Source: Clostridia bacterium (GTDB lineage: Bacteria; Bacillota; Clostridia; Christensenellales; CAG-138). From it: 64,000 nucleotides of DNA. Location of the stretch: NCBI GenBank assembly GCA_016293975.1, contig JAEDCW010000002.1, positions 1,038 through 65,037 of the forward strand, in the 5' to 3' direction. Made by a program: the position numbers and the translations under genes. Below are positions 28,640 to 37,063 of this stretch, piece after piece. The notes beneath the pieces are model-generated. The model did not search any database, had not been told where the DNA came from, and worked only from the letters and a program-made list of their open reading frames with translations. How positions within the stretch are numbered: position 1 is the first letter of the stretch; the number at the start of each line of letters is the position of its first letter.

Positions 28640-28648
28640 GTTCGTTTA

Positions 28649-28903
28649 CTACAGTGCCTCGCCTTTGTACTTTCTATGAGTGGCGGCACCACCCCTCAGA
28701 TGACGTTCAGCCTTATTGAGCTGAAGAACCTGTTGAATACTGTCTGCAATATCAGGACGTATCTGCTGTAATCTTAGTGTCACATCCTTGTGCACGGTGG
28801 ATTTGCACACACCGAATTGCTTTGCCGCCTGCCTTACGGTAGCTCCGTTTTCAAGTATATAGCCGGCAATTTCCAGTACCCGTTCTTCAATATAATCGCG
28901 CAT
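28649..28903 (-). CDS. spoIIID: sporulation transcriptional regulator SpoIIID
   Basis: 84 aa. MRDYIEERVLEIAGYI..TVRQAAKQFGVCKSTVHKDV...ERHLRGGAAT closely parallels the B. subtilis SpoIIID sequence as I remember it (HTH ..SKSTVHKDL.. and ..RHLRGGEAT..). Confidence 0.92.
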   Translation of the reverse strand: MRDYIEERVLEIAGYILENGATVRQAAKQFGVCKSTVHKDVTLRLQQIRPDIADSIQQVLQLNKAERHLRGGAATHRKYKGEAL

Positions 28904-28929
28904 CTGTTACCTCCGAGTGCTTTTAAAAC

Positions 28930-28958
28930 AATGTATGTTGTAATAGCCTCCAATATGA
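28930..28958 (-). promoter_or_regulatory. sigma-E-type (mother-cell) promoter for spoIIID
   Basis: The minus strand reads TCATATT (28958-28952), 14 nt spacer, CATACATT (28937-28930). This matches the B. subtilis sigma-E consensus as I recall it (ZHATAxx-14-CATACAHT). The -10 lies about 27 nt upstream of the spoIIID ATG. Confidence 0.6.
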
Positions 28959-29001
28959 GTTCATTACCGCAAAAAGAGCCATACAACGCACGTTGCAACA
29001 G

Positions 29002-29031
29002 GCATAAAGATTCAGTTCAAAGGCAATGATA
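29002..29031 (+). promoter_or_regulatory. candidate forespore (sigma-G/sigma-F-type) promoter for sigG
   Basis: GCATA (29002-29006), 18 nt spacer, AATGATA (29025-29031). This is 6 of 7 against the remembered sigma-G consensus GHATR-18-CATxHTA; the first -10 base is A rather than C. Confidence 0.35.
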
Positions 29032-29064
29032 TTTAGCAACAACGGTAGTAGGATGAGGTGCATT

Positions 29065-29838
29065 ATGGCATTATACAAAGTTGAGATCTGCGGTGTGGAT
29101 ACATCGAAATTGCCCATGATGAATGCAAAACAGAGCGCGGAATTGCTTGAACGCTACAAAGGAGGCGACGGGGACGCACGTGAGGAGTTGATAAACGGAA
29201 ACCTCAGGCTCGTACTGAGTGTGATTCAGAGGTTTTCGAACAGGGGAGAGCCTATGGACGATCTGTTTCAGGTCGGCTGTATAGGGCTTATAAAGGCCAT
29301 AGACAATTTTGACCTGTCGCACGGCGTTAGGTTTTCGACATATGCTGTACCTATGATAATAGGTGAGATAAGGCGTTTCTTGAGGGACTCAAACCAGATC
29401 AGGGTTTCGAGATCGTTGCGCGATACCGCGTATAGGGCGCTCCAGACGAGAAACGCACTTGCCGCAAAGCTCAACCGCGAGCCCAAGCTCTCTGAGATTG
29501 CGAAGGAGCTCGACATGAAGGAGGAGATGATCGTGTTTGCTCTTGAAGCGATTCAGGATCCTGTGTCTATGTTTGAACCCGTATATCACGATGACGGAGA
29601 CGCGATTTTTGTTATGGATCAGATCATGGACGAGACGGTAAGCGAGGCGCAATGGATAGATAATATCGCAATTGAGCAGGGCATAAAAAAGCTGTCGGAA
29701 AGGGAACAAAAAATACTTCGCATGAGGTTTTTCGACGGAAAAACACAGATGGAGGTATCTTCTGAAATAGGTATATCTCAAGCGCAGGTGTCACGCCTTG
29801 AGAAGAACGCGTTGAGGAGTATGCGCAGACACGTTTAA
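29065..29838 (+). CDS. sigG: sporulation sigma factor SigG (forespore, sigma-70 group 3)
   Basis: The N-terminus (MALY)KVEICGVDTSKLP is the SigG hallmark. Also present: GNLRLVLSVIQRF, DDLFQVGCIGLIKAIDNFD, FSTYAVPMIIGEIRRFLRD and region 4 ISQAQVSRLEK. ATG 29065 is preceded by GAGGTG. Confidence 0.9.
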   Translation: MALYKVEICGVDTSKLPMMNAKQSAELLERYKGGDGDAREELINGNLRLVLSVIQRFSNRGEPMDDLFQVGCIGLIKAIDNFDLSHGVRFSTYAVPMIIGEIRRFLRDSNQIRVSRSLRDTAYRALQTRNALAAKLNREPKLSEIAKELDMKEEMIVFALEAIQDPVSMFEPVYHDDGDAIFVMDQIMDETVSEAQWIDNIAIEQGIKKLSEREQKILRMRFFDGKTQMEVSSEIGISQAQVSRLEKNALRSMRRHV

Positions 29839-29839
29839 C

Positions 29840-30829
29840 TCATTGATGTTTATTGTAAATCTCGAGCGCTGTTTGACGTATCTTTTTCCTCAGTGAGTCC
29901 GGTTTGAGTATCTCAACTACCTTACCGTATTGCAAAGCCCAATATAGTACCGCCTGTTCGTTTGCGGTAACGCGCACATCGACATACTCATCTGTTTCGT
30001 TGCGGAACGTGCAGTCTCCGTCAAACCAGTCGAGCACGTCGTTTACATTTGCCTTCTTTATCCTGAACTCAACAGAAACAGGCTGCTGCATATGCATATA
30101 CAGGCCCTCTGCCATATGGTGTGGACCTGAGTAGCCGTTCTCGTATCCGGGTAGGCTTGTAATAGGTATCGCAGGAGTATCTACAAGCTCGATGTCCGTA
30201 ATTCTGTCAATGCGGTAGCTAGAAAGCCCCTCATGCCTTGGAGAGTGGCACACTAAATAGAATCTTCCGTTTGCCGCTACCATGCTATATGGGCTTGCAA
30301 TGTAGGGCTCCGCTCTTCTCGAATGCAATTGCTTGTCAGTGCCATATGCGTTATATGTGAATTTGACCTGAGAGCATTTTGATATTGCCTCGTGTATTAT
30401 CTCAATCGTATAGAACATCTGTTTATTCTCTGTAGCTACACCTCTGGGAATCTGTTGAGTGCGTATTGATGAGGTTGAGTACGAGAAGTATTCGCTTGCA
30501 AGTCCCTTGAGCTTTTCAATGAGATCTTCGCGTTGATTGTGAGGAATATTCTTTGCAAACAGCACCGAGGTTATGAGCATATGAAGCTCGCTCGTGTCGA
30601 ATTCCCTTTCTGCGAGGTAATAACCGCCCTTTGTACGTATGTCGTATTTATACTCGGAAAGATAGTTTATATTTCGGGATACCGCCTTTCGCTCACACTC
30701 GACACCGAAATCTTTCTGCAAATAATCGATTATCTGTTGTTGACTGAGTTGATGGTCTGCATCGGTATGTCTGCGCAGTATCTCGAGTATATAGATGTTG
30801 AGCATTTTCTTTGAGCCGCTTGAATACAT
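29840..30829 (-). CDS. WYL-domain transcriptional regulator (wHTH - WYL - C-terminal extension)
   Basis: N-terminal wHTH (MLNIYILEILRRHTDADHQLSQQQIIDYL) and a central WYL-like segment (GRFYLVCHSPRHEGLSSYRIDRITDIELV). A C-terminal ~90 aa domain ends ..VVEILKPDSLRKKI... GGGAGG lies 7 nt upstream of ATG 30829. Confidence 0.75.
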   Translation of the reverse strand: MYSSGSKKMLNIYILEILRRHTDADHQLSQQQIIDYLQKDFGVECERKAVSRNINYLSEYKYDIRTKGGYYLAEREFDTSELHMLITSVLFAKNIPHNQREDLIEKLKGLASEYFSYSTSSIRTQQIPRGVATENKQMFYTIEIIHEAISKCSQVKFTYNAYGTDKQLHSRRAEPYIASPYSMVAANGRFYLVCHSPRHEGLSSYRIDRITDIELVDTPAIPITSLPGYENGYSGPHHMAEGLYMHMQQPVSVEFRIKKANVNDVLDWFDGDCTFRNETDEYVDVRVTANEQAVLYWALQYGKVVEILKPDSLRKKIRQTALEIYNKHQ

Positions 30830-30971
30830 AACTACCTCCCAAAAATTCTCACTATTATATCATAGAGAACGTACAGGTTTAGTGTAATAACGACAGAAAA
30901 GGCATGTAATATATTGTTTGACTTTGCAACTTCATATAATATTATAGAATAATAATGCTTTGGAGTTTCAT

Positions 30972-32264
30972 ATGATTTTCGGCGATAGAATCTATCAAGA
31001 TTACATTGCGATTCTTAAGGAAGAGTTAATGCCTGCTATGGGCTGTACTGAGCCTATTGCTTTGGCATATGCGGCGGCGCTTGCCAGAGAACAGCTTTCT
31101 GCCATGCCCGACAGGGTCAAGGTCGAGGTCAGCGGCAACATAATAAAAAACGTTAAGAGTGTCGTAGTGCCAAATACCGGCGGTATGAAGGGCATTGCTT
31201 CATCTGTGGCGGCGGGTATCGTGGCTGGTGACAGCGACAAGGTCCTTGAGGTCATTTCGGATGTAACGGACGAACAAAGGGTTCGAATAAGAGAGTTTCT
31301 GCGCAATGTGCCGATTGAAATAGGAGGCGCTTCATCACAATTGGTATTCGACATCAGCATTACGGTGTTCTCCGGAGAGTGCTCCGCAAACGTGCGTCTG
31401 GTAAATAACCACACGAACATATGCCACATGGAGTGCAACGGAAGTGTACTTATCGACACGGAAATAAACGAACAGCCCGAGGACAACCTCACCGACAAGA
31501 GCATACTTAATACGGCTGATATAGTCGAATTTGCGGATATGGTGCGCATTGAGGATATTGAGCCGATAATATCGCGTCAGGCGGAATACAACTATGCTAT
31601 CGCCACAGAGGGTATGAAATCAAACTACGGCGGAAGCGTAGGTCAGGTCATAATAGACACGATGGGGAATTCCGTATGGAACAGAGTCCGCGCTATGGCA
31701 GCAGCAGGTTCTGATGCGAGAATGAGTGGATGCGAGTTGCCCGTTGTCATACTTTCTGGAAGTGGGAATCAGGGCATAACTGCATCTGTCCCACTGATTG
31801 AATACGCAAAGGAAATCGGTGCCAGCAAAGAACAGCTCTATAGAGCATTGGTCCTCTCGGATTTGCTCACCGTGCATCAAAAGGCGTCCATAGGTCGTTT
31901 GAGCGCTTTCTGCGGCGCCGTAAGTGCAGGCTGTGCCGCGGGCGCAGGCATTGCGTATCTTGACGGTGGCAAGGTAGAAGCCGTTGCGCACACGATAGTT
32001 AACGCGCTCGCAATAATATCTGGCATGGTCTGCGACGGAGCTAAGGCTTCCTGCGCCGGCAAAATAGCGGCATCTGTAGAAGCGGGAATACTCGGCTACA
32101 ATATGTATAAATGCGGACGTGAGTTCAGAAGCGGAGACGGAATAGTTACAAAGGGAGTGGACAAGACCATAGCAAATGTGGGCAAACTTGCAAGGGATGG
32201 CATGAGACAGACCGACAAGGAGATACTCAGAATAATGCTTTATGACGTTGAGCGTACGGATTGA
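30972..32264 (+). CDS. UPF0597 / L-cysteine desulfidase (CyuA/YhaM, serine dehydratase alpha-like) family protein
   Basis: Contains the family motif MGCTEPIALAYAAA. Gly/Ala-rich segments (SGSGNQG, GAVSAGCAAGAG, CDGAKASCAGK) resemble serine dehydratase alpha-like proteins. The start is at ATG 30972, after TGGAG. Confidence 0.7.
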   Translation: MIFGDRIYQDYIAILKEELMPAMGCTEPIALAYAAALAREQLSAMPDRVKVEVSGNIIKNVKSVVVPNTGGMKGIASSVAAGIVAGDSDKVLEVISDVTDEQRVRIREFLRNVPIEIGGASSQLVFDISITVFSGECSANVRLVNNHTNICHMECNGSVLIDTEINEQPEDNLTDKSILNTADIVEFADMVRIEDIEPIISRQAEYNYAIATEGMKSNYGGSVGQVIIDTMGNSVWNRVRAMAAAGSDARMSGCELPVVILSGSGNQGITASVPLIEYAKEIGASKEQLYRALVLSDLLTVHQKASIGRLSAFCGAVSAGCAAGAGIAYLDGGKVEAVAHTIVNALAIISGMVCDGAKASCAGKIAASVEAGILGYNMYKCGREFRSGDGIVTKGVDKTIANVGKLARDGMRQTDKEILRIMLYDVERTD

Positions 32265-32304
32265 TGCTTTTTGCTCTGTAAGTGAGCAGTGAACGAGTTT
32301 TCAG

Positions 32305-32333
32305 TTGACATAGTTAAAACGTTTATATAAAAT
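32305..32333 (+). promoter_or_regulatory. sigma-A-type promoter for the prsA-like/GIY-YIG operon
   Basis: TTGACA (32305-32310), 17 nt spacer, TAAAAT (32328-32333). Confidence 0.55.
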
Positions 32334-32392
32334 GTCAAGGTATGATGTGAGGTATCGCACCCACAATTTTATCTACGAAGGAGATAGTTTTC

Positions 32393-33604
32393 ATGTCTGT
32401 TAGCAAAAGGCTTGTGGTTAAGGTTTTAGCTGCGGCAATCGTATTTGTGATGTTACTCGGGACCTTGGCAGGATGCTCGCTTAAGGTCGATGATCCCGTT
32501 GTAGCAAAGGTCGGCGACATCAAAATATATGCATCCGACTATTCACAGCTTTTTAGCTCTTACTATTATTACGCCTCATACATGGGTTTTGATACAAGCA
32601 CGACCGAAGGAATTACTGCGTTCCAGGATTGGATTCTCGAAACACTGATTTCCGATAAGGTAGTCGTATACATGGCAGAAAAGGCCAATGTTGAGCTTAC
32701 CGAAGAGGAAATTGCAGAGGTTAACAAGGACGTTCAGACCTCATATGATACCCAGGTAGCTACATATAAGTCGAAGGTCGACTCTTCGATCACCGGTGAG
32801 GATGCTATACTTGCCGAGGCCGAAAAGCTGTTTATCGAAGCTCTCAAGGATGCAGGCACAAGTGTCGACGAATACAAGAAGGGTCTCTACGATGCATACT
32901 ATGAGGATGCTCTGTATAAGAAGTATTCCGAAATGGTAAAGAGCGAAGCGACGATTGACGACGATGCTGCACAGAAGTACTATGATGAGCAGTTGGCAGA
33001 GCAGAAGGCGGCTTACGATGAGGATCCCGCAGAGTATTACACAGATTATCAGTCCGCTCTCAACAGCTCTACAGGCGTTGTCCCCTTCTATGTACCTGCA
33101 GGTTACATCAGAGTTAAGCACATACTCGTAAAGTTTGATGACGAGGACAAGGACGGGGACACCGTAGATAAGGCTGAGTACGACAAGATTTGTGAAGAAA
33201 TCGATACTCATCTGGCCAGCGGGGCATACTCATTCGATGAACTCATCGAGATGTACAATGATGACGACGGCATGAAGAACGAGCCGTACAAGACTGAGGG
33301 ATATCTCGTAAGCGAGGCAATCGAGGATAAGTATGTCGATGGCTTTGCCGAAGCAGCTCTCAAACTCAAGAATGTAGGCGATGTAAGTCCCAGAATCGAG
33401 ACAGAGCACGGATATCACTACATCCAGCTCATCGAGAAGGTTGAACCCAAGACTATCGCATTTGACGACGTCAAGGAGGATATTAACACAAAGCTTCTCA
33501 CAGAAGCGCAGAACAAGCTTTTCTCTGAGAGAATAGATGCTTGGATCAAGGAAACACCCATCACAAGGTACGAATCTCGTATTCGCTATTACGGTCTGCA
33601 ATAA
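32393..33604 (+). CDS. PrsA-like lipoprotein, parvulin-type (PpiC) peptidyl-prolyl isomerase / foldase
   Basis: Lipobox LLGTLAGC. A long helical, acidic SurA_N-like region precedes a parvulin core (IRVKHILVKF ... GYLV ... FAEAALKLKNVGDVSPRIETEHGYHYIQ). Confidence 0.8.
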   Translation: MSVSKRLVVKVLAAAIVFVMLLGTLAGCSLKVDDPVVAKVGDIKIYASDYSQLFSSYYYYASYMGFDTSTTEGITAFQDWILETLISDKVVVYMAEKANVELTEEEIAEVNKDVQTSYDTQVATYKSKVDSSITGEDAILAEAEKLFIEALKDAGTSVDEYKKGLYDAYYEDALYKKYSEMVKSEATIDDDAAQKYYDEQLAEQKAAYDEDPAEYYTDYQSALNSSTGVVPFYVPAGYIRVKHILVKFDDEDKDGDTVDKAEYDKICEEIDTHLASGAYSFDELIEMYNDDDGMKNEPYKTEGYLVSEAIEDKYVDGFAEAALKLKNVGDVSPRIETEHGYHYIQLIEKVEPKTIAFDDVKEDINTKLLTEAQNKLFSERIDAWIKETPITRYESRIRYYGLQ

Positions 33605-33915
33605 TGACGAAGCAGTTGATATCGGGTATCTACAGACTCTATGACGCCCACGGAGATTCGTTCGTTGGTTTTTCACGAAATGTGGATGGTACGAGAAAGC
33701 GGCTCATGTTTGAGCTGAAGCTCAACGCCTGTTCATATAAGCCGTTGCAGGATTTCTACAACAAGTCCGGAGGTCTGACATTTGAGCTTCTCGAGGAATA
33801 CACCCCGAATGGGGTCGAAGACGATATAGTGCTTGATGCTCAACTGCACGCGAGGATGTATAAATGGTGCGAAAGACTCGGGGAACGTACTGTTAGGATA
33901 CAACAATCAGAATAA
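33604..33915 (+). CDS. small stand-alone GIY-YIG domain protein (I-TevI/Seg-like catalytic domain only)
   Basis: 103 aa. Contains GIYRLYD...SFVGFS..TRKRL...PLQDFYNKSGGLTFELLEE. The ATG overlaps the prsA-like stop (TAATG). No DNA-binding domain follows. Confidence 0.65.
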   Translation: MTKQLISGIYRLYDAHGDSFVGFSRNVDGTRKRLMFELKLNACSYKPLQDFYNKSGGLTFELLEEYTPNGVEDDIVLDAQLHARMYKWCERLGERTVRIQQSE

Positions 33916-33923
33916 GTTAATTC

Positions 33924-33956
33924 GTTGCCTCAGACTCTAGTTTGGGGCAACTTTTT
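33924..33956 (+). terminator. intrinsic terminator after the prsA-like/GIY-YIG pair
   Basis: GTTGCCTC (33924-33931) pairs with GGGGCAAC (33944-33951), followed by TTTTT. Confidence 0.7.
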
Positions 33957-33968
33957 AAGGGAGAGAGT

Positions 33969-34871
33969 ATGGCATTATTTCGCAACAAGCTCGTTAAGGA
34001 ACTTCTGATCGATTCTGCGTCTATTATCGGGGCGTGCCTTGTGATGGCCTTCGGAATGGTAGTTTTTACTATACCCAATAATATAGCACCAGGCGGATTA
34101 TCGGGTCTTGCCACGGCGTTTTCGTACTTGATCGAGGAAATCACGGGCAAGCACGTAGGTGTAGGTATAATCAACTTTGCATTCCAGGTACCTGTTATAC
34201 TGATTGCGCTCAAAGTATTCGGTGCAAAGGTAATGGTCAAGACTATAATAACGGCACTTGCATACTCGGGGAGCATAGAGCTCGTTTCTATGATACCCAA
34301 TATGTATACGCATACCGATAATATGCTTTTAGCTGCGGTATTTGGTGGTGCATTCATAGGCGCAGGCGTTGCGATACTATTTTTGCGCGGTATTGCGACC
34401 GGAGGAACTGACACTATATCTATGATTCTTCAGACGAGATTTCCACATATGAGAGTAGGCAAACTCATGATGTTTACCGACGCGCTGGTTGTCGTCATTG
34501 CGGTTATTATTTTCCGTGACATTGAGGTTGCGTTGTACTCGACTGTGTGTATATTCGTTATAGGACGAGTGACCGATGCGGTAATGCAGGGTGCGGACAC
34601 CGCGCGCGTATTCATGATAATCACCGACAAAGAGGACATACTGCTCCCTCTGCTCTCCGAGAAGCTTGGCTTGGGAGTAACAGAAATCGATGCTAAGGGC
34701 GGCTACACCCACAGCAACAAGAAGCTGCTAATGACTGTAGTGAAGCGCCACAACATAGCAGCGGCTATGAAGATAGTGAAGAGTGCCGACAAAAATGCGT
34801 TTACTGTTATGCATAATGCAACGGAGGTATTGGGAAGAGGCTTTAAGGAGTTAGACAATGAAAGCAAGTGA
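33969..34871 (+). CDS. YitT-family membrane protein (DUF2179 C-terminal domain)
   Basis: Five or six TM helices with the IAPGGLSG motif, and a soluble C-terminal domain ..EIDAKGGYT..LLMTVV.R... The start at ATG 33969 follows AAGGGAGAG. Confidence 0.8.
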   Translation: MALFRNKLVKELLIDSASIIGACLVMAFGMVVFTIPNNIAPGGLSGLATAFSYLIEEITGKHVGVGIINFAFQVPVILIALKVFGAKVMVKTIITALAYSGSIELVSMIPNMYTHTDNMLLAAVFGGAFIGAGVAILFLRGIATGGTDTISMILQTRFPHMRVGKLMMFTDALVVVIAVIIFRDIEVALYSTVCIFVIGRVTDAVMQGADTARVFMIITDKEDILLPLLSEKLGLGVTEIDAKGGYTHSNKKLLMTVVKRHNIAAAMKIVKSADKNAFTVMHNATEVLGRGFKELDNESK

Positions 34872-36066
34872 GAGACTGTACTACAGTCAGTCGTCATTGT
34901 TCGAAGTAGAAGCCAATGTAATTTCGTGTGAAAGGTCTGAGGACGGCTTTGATGTGGTTTTGGACAGAACAGTGTTCGCACCGGAGGGTGGAGGTCAGCC
35001 GAGCGACGAGGGGAGCATCGACGGGTACAAGGTCATAAAGGCGACCGACTGTGTAGACTACATTGTCTACAGCATAGATACCGAGATTGTTGTGGGGACG
35101 CGTGTACGAATGTCGATTGACCACAATAGGAGGTTAGATCATTGCCGTCAGCACACGGGCGAACATATCGTATCTGGGCTTGCGTGTGCGCTTTTCGGGG
35201 CGAAGAACGTTGGCTTTCATATGTCCGATGATTACATGACGCTGGATTTTGATATGCCGCTCGACTCTAAGCAGTTGCGTCTGCTCGAGGATAAGGCTAA
35301 CGAAGCCGTGTGGGCGGACATACCCGTCACATCGACGATTGTATCCGCAGAGGAGCTCGAGTCGATGGAGCTGAGAAAGAAGTCGGACGGGCTAAAGGGC
35401 GAGTTGAGGATAATCACTATAGACTCGGTGGATTCATGTACCTGCTGCGGCACACATGTCGAATCGACCGCAAAGGTCGGTATAATAAGGATAGTCGACA
35501 GTATGAATCATCGTGGAGGGACGAGGCTTTGGGTGCTCTGCGCAGGTCGCGCACTTGACGATTACAGGCTCAAGCATAATGCTCTCATCGCCGTAGCAAA
35601 GGGGTTTTCTACATCGTGGGAGAATGTGCCGGGTTGTGTCGACGAGCTAAAGCGCGAATTGTCAACGCAGCGTTACGAGAACAAGTTAACAGCAAATCGC
35701 TTATGCAGCTATATTGCTTCAGAACTGCTCTCTGCCGCATCGGTGCATAAGGGTGTGAAACTCGTATGTTACGCTGAGGACGGAAGCGACATGGCTAAAC
35801 TAAAACTGTTGGGCGAGGAACTTTGCAGGCGCGAACGTTGCGTATGTGCGCTTATAGGCAGAAGGGATGAAGCCGTGAACTACCAGTTTATTCGCTCGGA
35901 CGACGTTAAGCAGAGCATGAGGGATTTAATACAAGCCGCAAACATGATCTTTTCGGGAAAGGGCGGCGGAAGAGACGACAGAGCGCAGGGAAGCGCCAAG
36001 TATTCGGAATCGTGGAAGGAAACGGCAGGACAGCTCTTTGATTACATTAAAAGGGTGATGGGATAG
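34858..36066 (+). CDS. alaX: alanyl-tRNA editing protein AlaX-L type (tRNA_SAD + DHHA1-like C-terminus)
   Basis: Zinc and editing motifs HTGEHIVSG and CCGTHV. The N-terminus has FAPEGGGQPSDEG. The C-terminal GKGGGR is typical of the AlaRS C-terminal/DHHA1 region. The gene overlaps yitT by 14 nt. Confidence 0.8.
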   Translation: MKASERLYYSQSSLFEVEANVISCERSEDGFDVVLDRTVFAPEGGGQPSDEGSIDGYKVIKATDCVDYIVYSIDTEIVVGTRVRMSIDHNRRLDHCRQHTGEHIVSGLACALFGAKNVGFHMSDDYMTLDFDMPLDSKQLRLLEDKANEAVWADIPVTSTIVSAEELESMELRKKSDGLKGELRIITIDSVDSCTCCGTHVESTAKVGIIRIVDSMNHRGGTRLWVLCAGRALDDYRLKHNALIAVAKGFSTSWENVPGCVDELKRELSTQRYENKLTANRLCSYIASELLSAASVHKGVKLVCYAEDGSDMAKLKLLGEELCRRERCVCALIGRRDEAVNYQFIRSDDVKQSMRDLIQAANMIFSGKGGGRDDRAQGSAKYSESWKETAGQLFDYIKRVMG

Positions 36067-36145
36067 GCTCAATTATTGCGCGGGAACACCGGCCGGATAG
36101 CGACATATACACCCATACAACGACAATAAACACATTAGAAACGTA

Positions 36146-36174
36146 AAAACCGACCCCTTTTGGAAGTCGGTTTT
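36146..36174. terminator. bidirectional terminator between alaX and the lipoprotein gene
   Basis: AAAACCGAC-cccttttggaa-GTCGGTTTT. Confidence 0.75.
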
Positions 36175-36190
36175 ATCTATTGCTCTGATA

Positions 36191-36967
36191 TCAGAGGTTG
36201 AAGCCGAAGCCACACGCTTTAGTCGAAGCCGTCCTTGAAGAGAGGTTCTCAATGGTAAGGTCGTTCATGTTGATTACGAAACTTCGGATATCACCGGGGT
36301 TCATTACGGAATTAAGCGTGAAATTCCATACTCCCAACAAAGTATCGTCGGCATCGTAGAATGCGACATATGACATATTCATGGTACAGGCATCCGTTTG
36401 CGAGCTTGTAATAAGACCGGAAAGCGTTGAGAAACCGGGGTAATTGTCGAGAACTCTGATGTCGGAGAGCTCGAGGTCACGCCGTACATCATCAGTGGCA
36501 ACAGGGGTAAGTTCGGCTGTAACGGTGATGTTTTCGCCTTCAAGCAGTATTTCATCTGCAGGATTGTTGCCCCAATAGGTGACGAACGATGTCGCGCCGG
36601 GCTCAACTACGTCGTACTCTGAGAGCATGGGTGTAAACGTTACGGGCAGTGAAGTGGATGCATCGGAAAACGTAAACTGTGCATTTGTAAGCACAATATT
36701 GCAGTTTCCCGTATTTTTATATTCTACAGCGCCGTAGAGTATCTTGCCTGAGTTAAACAAATACGCTACAGATGAGACAATCTCAAGCGCGGGTTGAGGA
36801 TTGTTTACCTTTGCTGTCGGCTCGACGTCAGGGGTTACCTCGTGGTCAACGCTCTCGGTAAGTGACGGGGAGAAAGCCTGTATGTAGGTAGGCGCGGCCT
36901 TACAGCTTACAATCACAGACAGTGAGATAAGTATTGCTATAAGTAGAGCTGAAATTCGCTTCATCAT
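36191..36967 (-). CDS. lipoprotein of unknown function (two beta-rich repeats)
   Basis: Signal peptide with lipobox LSVIVSC. The remainder is beta-strand-rich with no motif I recognise. Confidence 0.6.
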   Translation of the reverse strand: MMKRISALLIAILISLSVIVSCKAAPTYIQAFSPSLTESVDHEVTPDVEPTAKVNNPQPALEIVSSVAYLFNSGKILYGAVEYKNTGNCNIVLTNAQFTFSDASTSLPVTFTPMLSEYDVVEPGATSFVTYWGNNPADEILLEGENITVTAELTPVATDDVRRDLELSDIRVLDNYPGFSTLSGLITSSQTDACTMNMSYVAFYDADDTLLGVWNFTLNSVMNPGDIRSFVINMNDLTIENLSSRTASTKACGFGFNL

Positions 36968-36987
36968 TTTTGCTCCAGTAAATAATT

Positions 36988-37015
36988 AGTTGTGCTCAAA
37001 ACATTAAGCACAACT
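36988..37015 (-). terminator. hairpin between gpmI and the lipoprotein gene
   Basis: AGTTGTGCT (36988-36996) pairs with AGCACAACT (37007-37015). Only a partial T-rich tail follows on the minus strand. Confidence 0.4.
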
Positions 37016-37063
37016 GATTATAACATTTAGCAGTGGATTCAGCAAGTTAACGCAGTGTTAACT

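Noticed and set aside
30830-30971. Attempted to define a consensus sigma-A promoter and a palindromic WYL operator in the WYL / cysteine-desulfidase divergent region.
   Set aside because: Several TTGACT, TTGCAA and TATAAT hexamers are present, but none pairs at 16-18 nt spacing. Only weak palindromes were found (for example CTAT-n6-ATAG). The evidence is not good enough to annotate.
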